A stretch of DNA of 32,370 nt from Neovahlkampfia damariscottae (Eukaryota), in assembly GCA_016618085.1 (NCBI GenBank), contig JABLTG010000199.1, positions 1 to 32,370 on the forward strand, written 5' to 3'. The notes under the pieces are model-generated. The model did no database searches and was not told where the DNA came from. It saw nothing but the letters and a program-made list of their open reading frames with translations. Of this stretch, positions 11,694-24,600 are shown one piece after another. The position numbers were made by a program, and so were the translations under genes. The first letter of the stretch is position 1, and every line of letters begins with the position of its first letter.

Positions 11694-11737
11694 TTATTTC
11701 ACACTTTTAAGAAGTCATTTTCGTTGATTGGTCAAAC

Positions 11738-12606
11738 ATGTCCAACAGAGCTTTGAAGTTCATCGATTCACATACACATATTCATAGAATATTGTCAAGA
11801 GTAAATGAATCAACCTCAGATTTTCCAAAACTTGAAAAAGAAATCACAAATGTTTCTTCAGAATATAGCTCCATACCACATGCTTTTGTCAATGTCTTTT
11901 GTGATCCAATTTATTTAAAAGACTCAATAGAATTAATAAAATATGAAAAGATTTATGGAACTTTTGGAATTCATCCTCATTGTGCAAAAGACTACAACAA
12001 AAAAATTGAAAAACAATTAATTGAATGTATTTCATTAAAAAAATGTGTTGCTTGGGGTGAATGTGGACTTGATTATTATTATAACAATTCAGAAAAACAA
12101 GTTCAAATTGATTGTTTCACAAGACAATTACAATTGGCTGTTCAATATAAAAAACCTGTTGTTATTCATTCACGAGATGCCTTTGAAGATACTCTTGAAA
12201 TTATGGTTAAAAATTTACCTTCAGATTGGAAAATTCATTTTCATTGTTTTACATATGAAGGTAAAGTTGGAATTGACATTTCAGAAAAATTACAAAAAAA
12301 TTTTAAAAACTTATATTTTGGATTCACTGGAGCAATTACATTCAAAAAATCTGATGCATTGAGACAAGTGTTAAATCATATACCATTGGACAGAATTTTA
12401 TTGGAAACAGATGCCCCATACATGGTAAATTGAATGATTGATTTTTAACATTTCAAAAGGCACCTGGGAAATATAGAGGAGGAATTTGCCATCCTGGAAT
12501 GATTCCAGTTATCGCAATGACTATTTGCGACGTGAAACAATTGAATTTTTCAGACGTTATCCACAAAACTTTTGAAAACACAAAACAACTATATGGAATT
12601 GAATAA
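11738..12606 (+). CDS. TatD-family DNase
   Basis: IDSHTH, FGIHPH, AWGECGLDY, VIHSR, HFHCF, LLETDAPYM. Intron 12425-12459 (35 nt) continues into APGKYRGGICHPGMIP and TAA at 12604-12606. Confidence 0.93.
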
Positions 12607-12887
12607 ATTAGTTCATTCTATACCCTAAACTTTGATTTCCTAAATAGGTAGTGATTTCATGATTCAATATTGAAAAGACGAAAAGTCCATTTTTAATCCA
12701 TTTAATGTGCTTGGATCAACAGGGCAAAGCATTGATTGGAAATATTTTTTTCCTCTCTAATTTCTCTTGAACCATTTTAGTATCAACATCATACCTTCAA
12801 TCATTGCAGCTTTAAAATTTTCAAATTTGATAGATCTATTGTTGAATAGTCAAAAAATCTGACAGAAAATTTCCACCAATCATTTCA

Positions 12888-14870
12888 ATGAACGAATTGG
12901 AAGTGACCAAAGATGAAGTGATACAGAAAGTACGAAAATCTAAAAAGAACTTTAAATATTGCTTTAATAAATATAAAAATGATGAAGATGTAGTCTTAGA
13001 AGCCCTATCAATTGATTTGTCCAATTTTCAATATGTTTCTGACGAAATGAAAAAAAAAGAAAAAATACTTCTAAAAAGTCTTTCATTAAATGGAGATTCA
13101 TCAGAAAAACTATATAATCTGGCATGCTCTCCTGATAAGTTTAAAAACGACGAAAAATTAATTTTGGAAGCAGCACAAAATATCAAAGATAAAAGAATTT
13201 TAGGTTTTGTATCTGATGATTTGAGGAATAATTATCAATTTATGTTATCAATTATCAAATGTTGTGATGGTTTTGAATATGCCTCATCAGAATTAAAAAA
13301 AAACAAAAAATTTGTTCTTGATGTTTTGGAGTATCAACAGGTCATTGGATACCTTTCAAATGAATTAAAAAAAGATAAAGAAGTCGTCATGAAATCGTTT
13401 TTAACTGAAATTTCCAAAATAGATATGATATTGATGATTGATGATTCATTGAAACATGATCAAGATTTCTTAGTCCAATTATCAAAAGAACATATTGGAA
13501 TTCCGATTTTATCAATTGTTTCAGATGATCTAAAAGACAATTTTGATTTTTGTTTGCAAATTATAAAAAGAGGAAAATTGGGTTTTGAATATGTTTCTTC
13601 AAGATTGAAATCTAATCGGAAATTAGTATTGATATGTTTAGACTATCAAGAATCTTGTTTTTTGTACCTTCCTGATCAATTTAAAAATGACAAAGATATC
13701 GTTTTAAAAGTCATCACTTCAGATGTCAATAATTTTTCATGGGCTTCAGATAAATTGAAAAATGACAAAGAATTTATCAAGAAGTGTATGGAAATCAATC
13801 ATAGAGTACTTGGTCATGTTCCAGATTTATTAAATTTTGACAAAGAGTTCTTGTTTGAATGTGTTAAAATGAAAGTTTCAAATTTGGATTACGTAAAAAA
13901 AGAAATACGAAAAAACAAAGAATTTGGATTAGAATTCATTAAAATCAATTCAAAAGCATATCCATATCTTGATAAATCATTACAGGCTGACAGTGAAATA
14001 GCTTTTGAAGCTTTTTCAAAAGATCCTTCTTTGATTGAACATTTGGTCAAGTGGAACTCATGTATTGATGAAAAGATGCAAATATGCTCTGATTTAAATT
14101 TGATGCTATTGGTGATAAAAAACTATCCTCCAGGAGTTAAGTATCTGTCTGATAATTTGAAACAAAATCGAAGCATTTTAGAAATTGCTCTTGAGTACGA
14201 TGGATCATTATTAAGATCAGCAGGGACTAAATTACAAGATGATCTTGATATTGTGATTAGAGCAATTAGTAAAGATCCAAATTCTATTGAATTTTCATCG
14301 CCAAAAATGAGAAACAGTAGGATTGTTGCTTTCCATGCAATTGATAGCTTCAAAGAAAAATTCCATTCAAAAAAGTTTCTATCTTATTTTTCAAGTGATG
14401 TTTTACATGATCAATTGTTGATTCTACATGCAATTAAAACTAACAACGAACTTTTCAAATATTGTCCTGATGATTTGAAAAATGACCAAACATTTGTCAA
14501 AACAGCAGTGAAAGTAAATGGACGAATTCTGAAATTCTTGTCAGAAAAATTAAGAAATGATATTACAATTGTTGTGGATGCAGTCAAATCAAAAGGAAGA
14601 GCTTTGAAACATGTCAATGAAAAATTCAAAAGTGACAAAGAAATTGTCAAGTACGCCATCAAAGAAACATCAAAATCAATTGAGTATGTTGATATTACAT
14701 TGTTAAATGATAAAATATTTTTGATAGAATGCTTAAAAATCAATCCAAGTTGTTTTCTTTTGTTACAAGAAGATTGGAAATATGACATGGAGTTGAATTG
14801 GTTATCTAAAAGATATTTCAATTTAATTTGTATGGTTGAAACTAAAGATGTCAACTTCAAGTTTTTGTAA
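12888..14870 (+). CDS. DUF4116 repeat protein
   Basis: 660-aa intronless ORF of ~25-aa repeats of the type L.Y.S..LKNDKE.V..A.K.NG..L. Confidence 0.88.
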   Translation: MNELEVTKDEVIQKVRKSKKNFKYCFNKYKNDEDVVLEALSIDLSNFQYVSDEMKKKEKILLKSLSLNGDSSEKLYNLACSPDKFKNDEKLILEAAQNIKDKRILGFVSDDLRNNYQFMLSIIKCCDGFEYASSELKKNKKFVLDVLEYQQVIGYLSNELKKDKEVVMKSFLTEISKIDMILMIDDSLKHDQDFLVQLSKEHIGIPILSIVSDDLKDNFDFCLQIIKRGKLGFEYVSSRLKSNRKLVLICLDYQESCFLYLPDQFKNDKDIVLKVITSDVNNFSWASDKLKNDKEFIKKCMEINHRVLGHVPDLLNFDKEFLFECVKMKVSNLDYVKKEIRKNKEFGLEFIKINSKAYPYLDKSLQADSEIAFEAFSKDPSLIEHLVKWNSCIDEKMQICSDLNLMLLVIKNYPPGVKYLSDNLKQNRSILEIALEYDGSLLRSAGTKLQDDLDIVIRAISKDPNSIEFSSPKMRNSRIVAFHAIDSFKEKFHSKKFLSYFSSDVLHDQLLILHAIKTNNELFKYCPDDLKNDQTFVKTAVKVNGRILKFLSEKLRNDITIVVDAVKSKGRALKHVNEKFKSDKEIVKYAIKETSKSIEYVDITLLNDKIFLIECLKINPSCFLLLQEDWKYDMELNWLSKRYFNLICMVETKDVNFKFL

Positions 14871-15076
14871 AAACATCTCATGTGGCCATGATCACATGGC
14901 AAACAGAAGATGCCCGGTAGTGTCCCTTGTTCTAGGGCCACCCACCTTTCAGTGGTGGAGAGAACGGCTCAAGCAGAACAAGAGAACTGCGAACCACTCA
15001 TTTCCATTGAAACAATGCAAAGACCAGAGGCAGACTAGAAAATCTAATATCATCTGGTCATCTCCAACCACGACAT
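14869..15076 (-). ncRNA. Candidate structured non-coding RNA, family unassigned
   Basis: About 48% GC by hand count, lying between two convergent 3' ends. Contains several helices whose G-U pairs and GAAA tetraloop favour the minus strand, a T5 run at the 3' end, and upstream TATTTA and CCAAT motifs. Confidence 0.6.
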
Positions 15077-15163
15077 TTTTTGAAAATCAGGAAATCTTTA
15101 ATGAACGGAAATAAATACAATCAAAAAAATTGTGGGTTTCAATCAGCCAATCATTCAACTGTT

Positions 15164-16296
15164 TTATTCATGTTTTTTCTTTTTAGTTGTTTTTTGAATT
15201 TTTTCCCAATTATGTTTTCCATCATCCTTTTTTTTTCTTTTTTTTGTTTCTTTTTGATTTCCAACAGATTCAATTCCCTCTTTAAAAATTGAGTACTCTT
15301 CTTTCATTTTCTCGAAATCAACATCATCATCCTCTGAGTTATAAGCAACATTTGAATAATTATTATACGCGGAAGGATAACATTCAGCATATTCATCTGT
15401 TTCATTTTTAGATATTTTCTCTTTCAATTTTTCATTGTTGATTTCAATTGAGTTTACTTCCATTTCAGTTTCGTCCAATGATTCTATTCGATTTTCTTCA
15501 GGATTGATGATTTTATCACCAACAAATATATCAGATCCTGTATCCTTAAACAATTTCTCTTTCTTTTCTTTTGATTTTTTGACTGGTATTTCCGGAACAT
15601 ACTCATCTTCATCATCAAAAATAGAACTATCATATTTTTAGACTAAATCTATTTTTACTCAATTTCTAAATCTTCAATATTTGGTTGATTCATTTTTTTT
15701 TTTATATTTTCTACAGATTTTGAAAGTGTATTCAAAAATTCATTGGAAAAATTTTCAATGATAGGAGGTTCTATTGGATGATATTTTTCTTTCAATTTTT
15801 TCTTCACATTTGAATTCTCTGAAATAACAAAATAAAAATTAGGCATAAAATTTGGTTCTTCTTCTTTGATTGTTTTCGTCTTTGTTATCATTTGATGTAA
15901 TTTTCTACCAATATGAGTTTGAATTGAAACTTGTTTTTTTGTTTCTAAAACCCTTTTTAATGTTGATATTTTCTTTAATACTTACATTTCTTGATCATCA
16001 TCTTCTCTTTCATAATCTGAATCTTCATCCGAATCAGAACCAAAAATTTCTTGTTTTAATTTTGGATCTAATCCTTTTGGTTTCAAAGAATCATAATTTT
16101 CAATATCTTTTCTTTCTTTAACTCTGTCTCTGTAATTTGATGGTGTTTGAAATACTTCTTCTTTTTGTTGATAATTTTTGAATGTTTTTGGTTTTTTTTT
16201 TTGTTTTTTTTTTTGTTTTTTTTCTTCTTTATGTTCTTCTTGTTTTATTGATCTTTCTGTTGATATTATTTTTTTAAAATCACTGTTATTCAACAT
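15164..16296 (-). CDS. IK: Protein RED/IK-like spliceosomal B-complex factor
   Basis: NSDFKKII, YRDRVKERK, SIFDDEDEYVP, DEYAECYPSAY...SEDDDVDFEKM. Introns 15953-15985 (33 nt) and 15627-15658 (32 nt) join three ORFs in frame. Confidence 0.85.
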
Positions 16297-16353
16297 CTTT
16301 TTTTTCAATGAAGAATAATCCAATCAAATTTAAAAACCAATGAAAATAGCTTC

Positions 16354-17065
16354 ATGAAAAAGTTGTTAAAAAAGTGTTTGGATAAATATGATGAAATCAT
16401 TTATCACTTTGAAGATTTCTTCCTTCAAAATGTAAAAATGAATGATAATAATTGGTTGAGTAGTTTAAAACGAAAGTAAAAAAATCAACAAGAAAAATTT
16501 AACTTAAAAAAGATCAACTTTTAATGATTTGAGGTATTATTATGATGGAAATTTTAATGAAAATAATGTTAAATATGTTTCTTTGTCTCTTTTGAAAAAT
16601 TTTTATTCAAGTTTTGACGAATTAAATTTTGAAAAAATTAACACGTTTTCAAATGAAGATTTCCAAATTGAATTGAAGGATTATTTTGATTTGATAAAAA
16701 TGAACAAAGAAAAAATTGATTTAAAATTTATAAATGAAACCAAAATTGAAATAATTGATGCAAAGATCAAACCATTGGATCTTAAAAATCGATTCAAAAA
16801 TGGAAAAATTTCTTTTGAAACTAGAATTGAATATTTACATGATTATAAAATAAAAAATCAAAATAATGAAATTATATACGGAGAAGAAGTTGAAGAAGTT
16901 TCTGTTCTTTTAAATTTTGAAAAAAATTTTGAACCAAATCAAATTGAACAAGAACAAGAAACTAATGATTTAAAAAACCAACAATTTGAAAAAAATTGGA
17001 TTCTAACAAAACCTGTTCCAATTCATTTTACAAAACTTTCAAATAAACAAGATTTTATTTATTAA
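16354..17065 (+). CDS. Hypothetical protein, possibly Tim44/Mba1-like fold
   Basis: ATG at 16354; intron 16476-16512 (37 nt) joins in frame to ORF 16529-17065. The fold guess rests only on a loose C-terminal pattern (..LLNFEK...WIL). Confidence 0.55.
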
Positions 17066-17481
17066 ATGAATCAAGAAAATATGATTTGACTTGTTGCCAT
17101 TCATTTTGATCATTTGATTCACTTTTGATAATTGCTGTAGCATTTTGTGAAGACAATGAAATTTTAGTTTCCATAAAATAATAAGCTCCTTTTGATGTTT
17201 GACAATAAAAATAAAATTTCAAAGGATCTGTTTTTGTAGCAGCAATACAAATAATCTTTCTTGTTTTAAGTTTTGATTGAATTTCTTCTGATGATTTTAA
17301 ACTAACTTTGAATTGAAGAGGAACATTTTGAGTTATTGATTTCCAAAATCCAGAGAATTGTTTGGCAGTAATAGGTTTTGGAATTTGAAGTTTAACATCA
17401 TTTTGTTCTTCATTGAAAGGATCTAATTTTTTAATTTCACCTCCTAATAAAGAAACTTGATTCGTTGAATCTTCTTCCTCT

Positions 17482-17513
<32 letters not shown>

Positions 17514-19482
17514 TTCGGATTCTTCTGATTCAGATTCTTCTTGTTCTGATTCATCTTTTTCATCCATTGTTAATTCACCTAATACTCTTGTATTTTTAAC
17601 AATAAAAGAATCTGATGTTTGATTATAAGGAATAGATAGAGTATTAAATTCTGCTAATAATTTGTCTCTAAATTCAGTTGAATCTTCTTCTGAGAAATTT
17701 GTAATTATTGTTTTTTTATAATTAACAATTTTGTTACAAAATTTCAAATCAGTTTTTAAAAGTCTATAATAATATAATGCTTTATCATGAACATCAGCAT
17801 TTGAATAATCTTGTAATGAAATTTCAAATAATTTACTCATCATTTTTTGAACTTCAGGTGCTCTTTTAAAGAATAATTTAACAGTTGAACTTAAAATTTC
17901 AGATTTAATCATTGAACTTTGTAATTTATAATTTTCAATATAATCTTCAAGTAAATAAGGTGCATTATCAATCATTTGACCATATTCACCTAAAATCCAA
18001 AGAAAAGAAACTGTTGATTTTTCTTCATTAATTGGATTCCAATGTTTAACAATGACTGGTAAAAAAATTCGACAAAAATCATCATTATTATATTTTCTTA
18101 AAATATCTTTCATAACAATAAAAATTTCAATCATAATAATATCAGTTTTAGTTTCTAAAAAATCTAAAAGTAAAGTGATTGTATTCTCAGTTATACTTGA
18201 AACTCTAATAGCTATTTCACCAATAGTTTTAATTGCATTACGTGATGTTTCTGAATCTGTATCATTAATTGTTGCATAATAACTTAATTCATCAATAATT
18301 TCTTTTGCATTATTATCAGTACCAAGATATTTTAAAATTTCAAATTTTAAATGTTTAATATATGTTGGTTCATGATGTCTAATATAAAATTCTCTAAAAT
18401 TATAATAAAATAATTCAGGTGTTTTTTGAACCATAAATTTAATATGAACTAAAATTCCATATGATGTTTCAGGTGGTGAACTTGCTAATAATAAAAATAA
18501 TGGATCTTTCAATCTAAGAAAAACTTTCTTTTGAATTTTTGGTAAAGTCAATGAAAATTGTAAAAAAACATTGGTAATTTCCATAACAATAGCACTGTTA
18601 TCAATTGAAATAAAAGGATCTAATAAATTCTAAAAATAAAATTATTAATAAGTTTTTCTCTTTACCATGATGTCAAATATTTCATTTCCATCAGCAGGAG
18701 TATACTTCAATAATAGGTTTAAAACAGTACATATTTGCCATTCTGAATATTCTCTTAATCTATTCAATAAATAATGTATCATTTTTTTTGTAACTTTAAG
18801 ACCATTTTTCTCTTCCAATATTTCATTTAAAGCAGTGATACAATTAACAACAACATTAACATCTTTATCTAATATCATTTCTAACAATGTATCAACAAAT
18901 TTTTCACCTTTTTTTTTTAATTTTTTTTTTTTTTTTGTAGTTACTTTCAACAGTCTCTGGTGATATTTTATGAAGTTTTACAACTGAAATAACAGCTGTT
19001 TTTCTAACATATGGTGAAGGATCATTCAATCCTTCTTGAATAAGTGGAAGTAAATAATCAACTAATTTTGGAAGTCTTAAAGAAGATAAACATCTAAGAG
19101 CTAAACCTCTAACAAGAGGACTTTCATCTCTACAATCTTTTGAAAGCGTATTTATAGCTAATAGAGCTAATTCAGGGTTTAAATGTGCTTGATGAGTGAC
19201 ATATTGATAAACCATTTTTTTTTGAACCAAGTCCTTCGTGTTGACGCACTGAAGAAAAAAAAAAAATTAATTTTTTTTTTGATTTACAAGGATCATATTT
19301 TCAAATAATTTAGATGTATCAACACCCATAGTTACATATGCTATAACTCTTTGAAGAAGTTCTCTCTTCTTTTGTTGATCCTTTTCAACGTTTGGATCAC
19401 TAAGTGCGTCTTTTAGTTCGTTAATTTCTCCTTTCTTTTCGATTGGTTTTGCTTGAGTACCAAATCTTCTAAAAATATTCAT
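17055..19482 (-). CDS. AP4B1: AP-4 adaptor complex beta subunit
   Basis: KKGEINELK, VIAYVTMGVD.S.LF, LLAINTL.KDCRDESPLVRGLALR, EPTYIKHLK, acidic hinge and short appendage. Introns 19249-19287, 18908-18944 and 18630-18665 restore one frame. Confidence 0.88.
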
Positions 19483-19598
19483 GAATTAATCAAAAATTTA
19501 TTCTTGAGTTTTTGTCAAACACAAACTCAAAAGATAAAAATAACCAATAATAAAACAACACGTTTCACCAATCAAAGTCATCAAAATCGGAAAACAAA

Positions 19599-20583
19599 AT
19601 GAGAAAAAGTTTAACAATAATTTGTTTGTTTTTGTTGTTTTCTTTTTTATATGCAAGAGATGTTATTGATTTATCACAAAGTAATTTTGATGATACTATT
19701 GCAAGAGGAGTTACTTTTGTTAAATTTTATGCTCCTTGGTGGTAAGGACTCACTTAAAAAAATTTAACAAAAAAAAAGTGGACATTGTAAAGAATTAGCT
19801 CCACATTGGGAAGAATTAGCAATGATAACAAAAGGAAAATATAAAATTGCTGATGTCAATTCTGAGTTACAGAAAGAGTTAATTTCAAGATTCAAAGTTT
19901 CCGGTTATCCAACTTTATTATTATTCAAAGATGGTGAAAAAATAACTGAATATACATCAGGAGCTCGTAAAGCAGAAGATTTTGTTGAATACTTAAAATT
20001 CGTAACGGAACCAAAAAAACATACAGGAGAAATTTTACAATTAGACGTTGATAATTTCGAAGTTGAATCAAGTATTTTTGAAACACAAACATTTGTTAAG
20101 TTTTATAGTCCAAATTGTGGATACTGTAAACAAATGCAACCAGAATGGAAAAAATTATCGGAAAAATTAAAAGGTAGCTCTGTTAGAGTCGCAGAAATTG
20201 ATTGTACAGTTCATAAAGATCCTTGTGAAAGATTTGAAATTAAAGGATATCCTACTTTAAAGTTATTTTATGAAAATACTTTTGTAAATTATGGAGGTCG
20301 TGAACCTCGAACTTTAGACAGTTTTGAAAAATTTGCAAAACAAGGATGGAAAGAAAAAAAAAGAAAAATTAAACCTGAAGTTAGAACAGGATTTCAATTC
20401 AACTGGAAATGGTTTGCTTTAGCTATTGTTCTTGCGTCTGTTTTATGTTGCGTTTGTGTTGGTTTATTATTTTGGTTAACTGATGAAGAAGAAGATGAAG
20501 AAGAAAGAAGATTAAGAAAAGAATATAAAAAATATAAAGCTCAAGAAAAGATTACAGTTTCTAAAGACGACAAACAAGACTAG
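19599..20583 (+). CDS. Membrane-anchored protein disulfide isomerase with two thioredoxin domains
   Basis: Signal peptide; intron 19742-19778 (37 nt) restores FYAPWCGHCK; second site FYSPNCGYCK; C-terminal TM helix. Confidence 0.92.
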
Positions 20584-20598
20584 TTACAATTTAAAAAT

Positions 20599-21580
20599 TT
20601 ATTTTACTTCTTCTATTTTTTCTTCAGATTTTTCCATAAATTCCATCCAAGTCAAAGCATAAAGAGCAGCATTTTGTTCTGCAACTTTTTTTTGTTTATA
20701 TCCTTTTTTATTGGCTAATTGTTTGCTCAGATGTGGAAGTGTAATTTTAACCATTGTATTTTTTCCTTCCATTGAAAATTCAAAAACAGGTAAATCCTTT
20801 TGTTTTACACCTGCTTTTTGAATCTTTTCTAATAAAAGAACTTTTGGAAGTTTTTTTTCTTTCCATGTATCTGGATGATATTCTGGAACTTCAAATTTTT
20901 CTTTTACATTCTGAGCATCTTCATCTTCCAAAAATAAATCATCATCAAAAACACCATCTTCAACAATTTTCAAATCATGCACTGTAATTGTTTAATTTAA
21001 ATAAAAAAAACTTACTTTCTGCAGCTTCTTCATCATCAACAAAAATTTTTGAGTTTGTTTCAAATAATTCTCTTCCAGATTTTTTTTCTTGATTTTTTTT
21101 TTTTTTTGCTTCTTCTTTTAATTTTTGTTGAACTTTAAATTCTTTCCATTGTGCAAAAGATTCTTCTGTAACTTTTGTTCCACCAATAATTTTTGCTCTT
21201 TCCTTTTCAACAATTTCTTCTAAAGTCATATCAGCTTCATCTAAAATTTCATCTTCAATATCTTTTTCTAACTCTTCTTGTGTTGTTGGTTCAATAACAT
21301 CATCTCTCTTGACGTCAACTGATTTAAATAATGCTTGAAGTTCTCTTTCTCTTTCTCGTTCTGCAAGTTTTTCTAATCTTTTTTTTTCTTTTAATTCTTG
21401 TTCTTTTTTTTGTTCTTTTGATAAACCACCTGGATTTTGTTGGGCTTGGATGTTTTGTTGAACTTTTTTACTTTTGTTTTTGTTTTTAACTCCAAAATTT
21501 TTGTCTTCAAGAATTTTTTGTTTCTTTTTTTCTTCTGCTTTTTTCATATCATTTTGTTGTTTCTTTGATGTTTTACCCAT
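20599..21580 (-). CDS. DFRP1/Tma46/ZC3H15-like protein fused to a C-terminal dsRNA-binding domain
   Basis: KILEDKNFGVKNKNKSKKVQ, TLEEIVEKERAK...TKVTEESFAQWK, SGRELF. A 34-nt intron 20982-21015 joins PKVLLLE...PVF...KKVAEQNAALYAL (dsRBD pattern). Confidence 0.8.
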
Positions 21581-21687
21581 TTTCAAGACAATTTCTTTTT
21601 CTCTTCTAAATTGAAAATAATGACCAATCAGCGATTCACTGTTTAGAAATTTAATCCAATTAAATCATTCAAAAATTCAACCAACCC

Positions 21688-24600
21688 ATGACTTCTATAA
21701 ACGATAAAAGAAAAGAAAGGTCTGAATCACCTGAAGAACAAAGACCTTCAAAAAAAGGTAAACAAGTTGTTTCAGAATGGGATGATGAAGAAGAAAAAAT
21801 TGAAAAGAAGACAAATACATGGGAAGAAACACCAAAAGCAACAAAACAATCAAGATGGGATGTAACTCCAGTCGGAGGTAATGTAACACCTTCAGGAAAA
21901 AGAAGTAGATGGGATGTAACACCTGTACAAGGTACTTCCAGTTCAATGGAAACACCAGTTGGAAATTCAGGAAACGAAACACCTTCAACTGGAATTACTG
22001 TACCAAAAACACCAGACCAATACCAACAAATGAAATATGAACAAGATATTGCTGAAAGAAATAGACCTTTAACTGACGAAGAATTAGATTCTTTATTTCC
22101 ACCTGAAGGTTATATCATTTTAGAACCACCTTCAGGATACGTACCACCAACACCATCAAGAAAATTAATGGCAACACCTTCTTCAGATTCATCTTCTTCC
22201 TATTATAAAATGCCTGATGAAATGAAAAAAGAAGAATACGGTATAACTTTATTACCATCAGGACAAGAAATGCCAAATATAAAACCTGAAGATTTAAAAC
22301 ATTTTTCAAAACTATTAGAAGAAGTAGATGAAGATTTATTAACAAAAGAAGAAATTAAAGAAAGAAAAGTAATGGAATTAATTTTAAACATAAAAAATGG
22401 ACAACCACAAGCAAGAAAAAAAGCAATGAAATATATAACAGATCATGCAAGAGAATTTGGAGCTGAAATTTTATTTAATCAAGTTTTACCACTTTTAATG
22501 TCACCTACACTTGAAGATCAAGAAAGACATTTACTTGTAAAAGTTATTGATAGAATTTTATTCAAATTAGATGATTTAGTTAGACCTTATGCTCATAAAA
22601 TACTTGTTGTGATTTCACCACTTCTTATAGATGAAGATTATTATGCTAGAATTGAAGGAAGAGAAATTATTTCAAATTTAGCAAAAGCAGCTGGATTAGC
22701 AACAATGATTGCAAATTTAAGACCTGATATTGATCATGCAGATGAATATGTTAGAAATACAACAGCTAGATCATTTTCTGTTGTTGCATCTGCTTTAGGT
22801 ATACCTGCCATTTTACCATTTCTAAAAGCTGTTTGTCAAAGTAAAAAATCATGGCAAGCAAGACATACAGGTATTAAAATAATACAACAAATTTCTATTT
22901 TAATGGGTGTTGCTGTATTACCATATTTAAAATCAATGGTTGATATTATAGCTGATGGATTAAAAGATACAGAACCAAAAGTTCGTATAATGACAGCATT
23001 AGCTATTGCTGCATTAGCTGAAGCTTCAACACCTTATGGAATTGAATCATTTGATTCTATTTTAAAACCTTTATGGATTGGTATTCAAAAACATAAAGGA
23101 AAACCATTAGCTGCATTTTTAAAAGCAATTGGATTTATTATACCATTAATGAGTTCAGAACATGCTGCAATTTATACTAGAAATGTGATGGATGTTCTAA
23201 TTAGAGAATTTTCAAGTCAAGATCCAGAAATGCAAAAAATTGTTTTAAAAGTTGTGAAACAATGTGTAACTACAGATGGAATTGAATCAAAATTTGTTAA
23301 AGAAAAAATTATTGAACCATTCTTTAAAAGTTTTTGGGATCGTAAAATGGCTCTTGATAGAAGATCAGCAAGACCATTAATTGAAACAACTGTTTCTTTA
23401 GCTGAAAATGTTGGAGGTTCAGAAATCATTAAAAAAATTGTAAAAGATTTAAAAAATGATTCAGAACCTTTCAGAAAAATGACTATTGAAACAATTGATA
23501 AAATTATTGAAACTTTAGGAACTGCTGATATTGATAAAAGATTAGAATATGAATTGATTGATGGAATTTTACATACATTTCAAGAATTACATTCTGAAGA
23601 AAATAGTAAATTTGTTATTCGTTCATTTGGTTCAATTATCAATGGATTTGGTGTTAGAGTTAAACAATATTTATCTTCAATTGTTGCAACAATAAAATGG
23701 AGATTAGATCATAAAAGTCCAGTTGTACGTCAACAAGCTGCTGATTTAATTGGAATGATTGCTCCTGTAATGAAAAAATGTGATGATGAAAAGAGATTAG
23801 CTCATTTTGGTCAAATTTTATATGAATATTTAGCGGAAGAGTATCCTGATGTTTTAGGATCAATTTTATTTGCTCTTGGAAAAGTTTTAGAATCAATTGG
23901 AACTGAAAATATGACACCTCCAATTAAAGATTTACTTCCAAGATTAACACCAATTTTAAAAAATAGACATGAAAAAGTACAAGAAAATGCAATTACTTTG
24001 ATTGGTCAAATTGCAAATAAAGCACCTGAACAAGTTGCTGCAAAAGAATGGATGAGAATTTGTTTTGATTTATTAGATGTTTTAAAAGCACATCGAAAAT
24101 CAATCAGACAAGCTGCAATTCTAACTTTTGGATATATCGCAAAATCTATTGGACCACATGATGTTTTAGCAACTTTATTGAATAATTTAAAAGTACAAGA
24201 ACGTCAAAATCGTGTTTGTACTACTATAGCAATTGCCATTGTTTCTGAGAATTGTGGTGTTTTCACAGTCTTACCTGCATTAATGAATGAATACAAAGTA
24301 CCTGAATTGAACGTTCAAACAGGTGTTTTAAAATCTTTGTCATTCATGTTTGAGCATGTTGGTGAAATGTCTAAAGATTACATCTATGCAGTAACACCTT
24401 TATTAGAAGATGCTCTAATGGATCGTGATTTAGTTCACAGACAAACAGCATGTACAGTTGTTAAACATTTAGCATTAGGTTGTTATGGACTTGGTTGTGA
24501 AGATGCTTTAATTCATTTATTGAATTTAGTTTGGCCTAATATTTTTGAAACTTCACCTCATGTTATTAATGCAGTTATGGAAGCAATTGAAGGATTAAGA

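Noticed and set aside
12607..12840. Possible small minus-strand spliced gene (ATG 12804, intron 12766-12794)
   Set aside because: The spliced frame stops after about 19 codons and has no recognisable motif.
14836..15114. 92-aa plus-strand ORF and the 176-aa minus-strand ORF 14411-14941
   Set aside because: The first is an open frame expected in a GC-rich island; the second is mostly antisense to the DUF4116 gene. Base-pairing explains the island better.
17468..17560. TCT/TTC microsatellite-like run
   Set aside because: It encodes the acidic hinge of the AP-4 beta subunit.
21695..23923. Several short minus-strand ORFs inside SF3B1 (and similar ones inside other genes)
   Set aside because: Antisense shadows of strongly conserved coding sequence.
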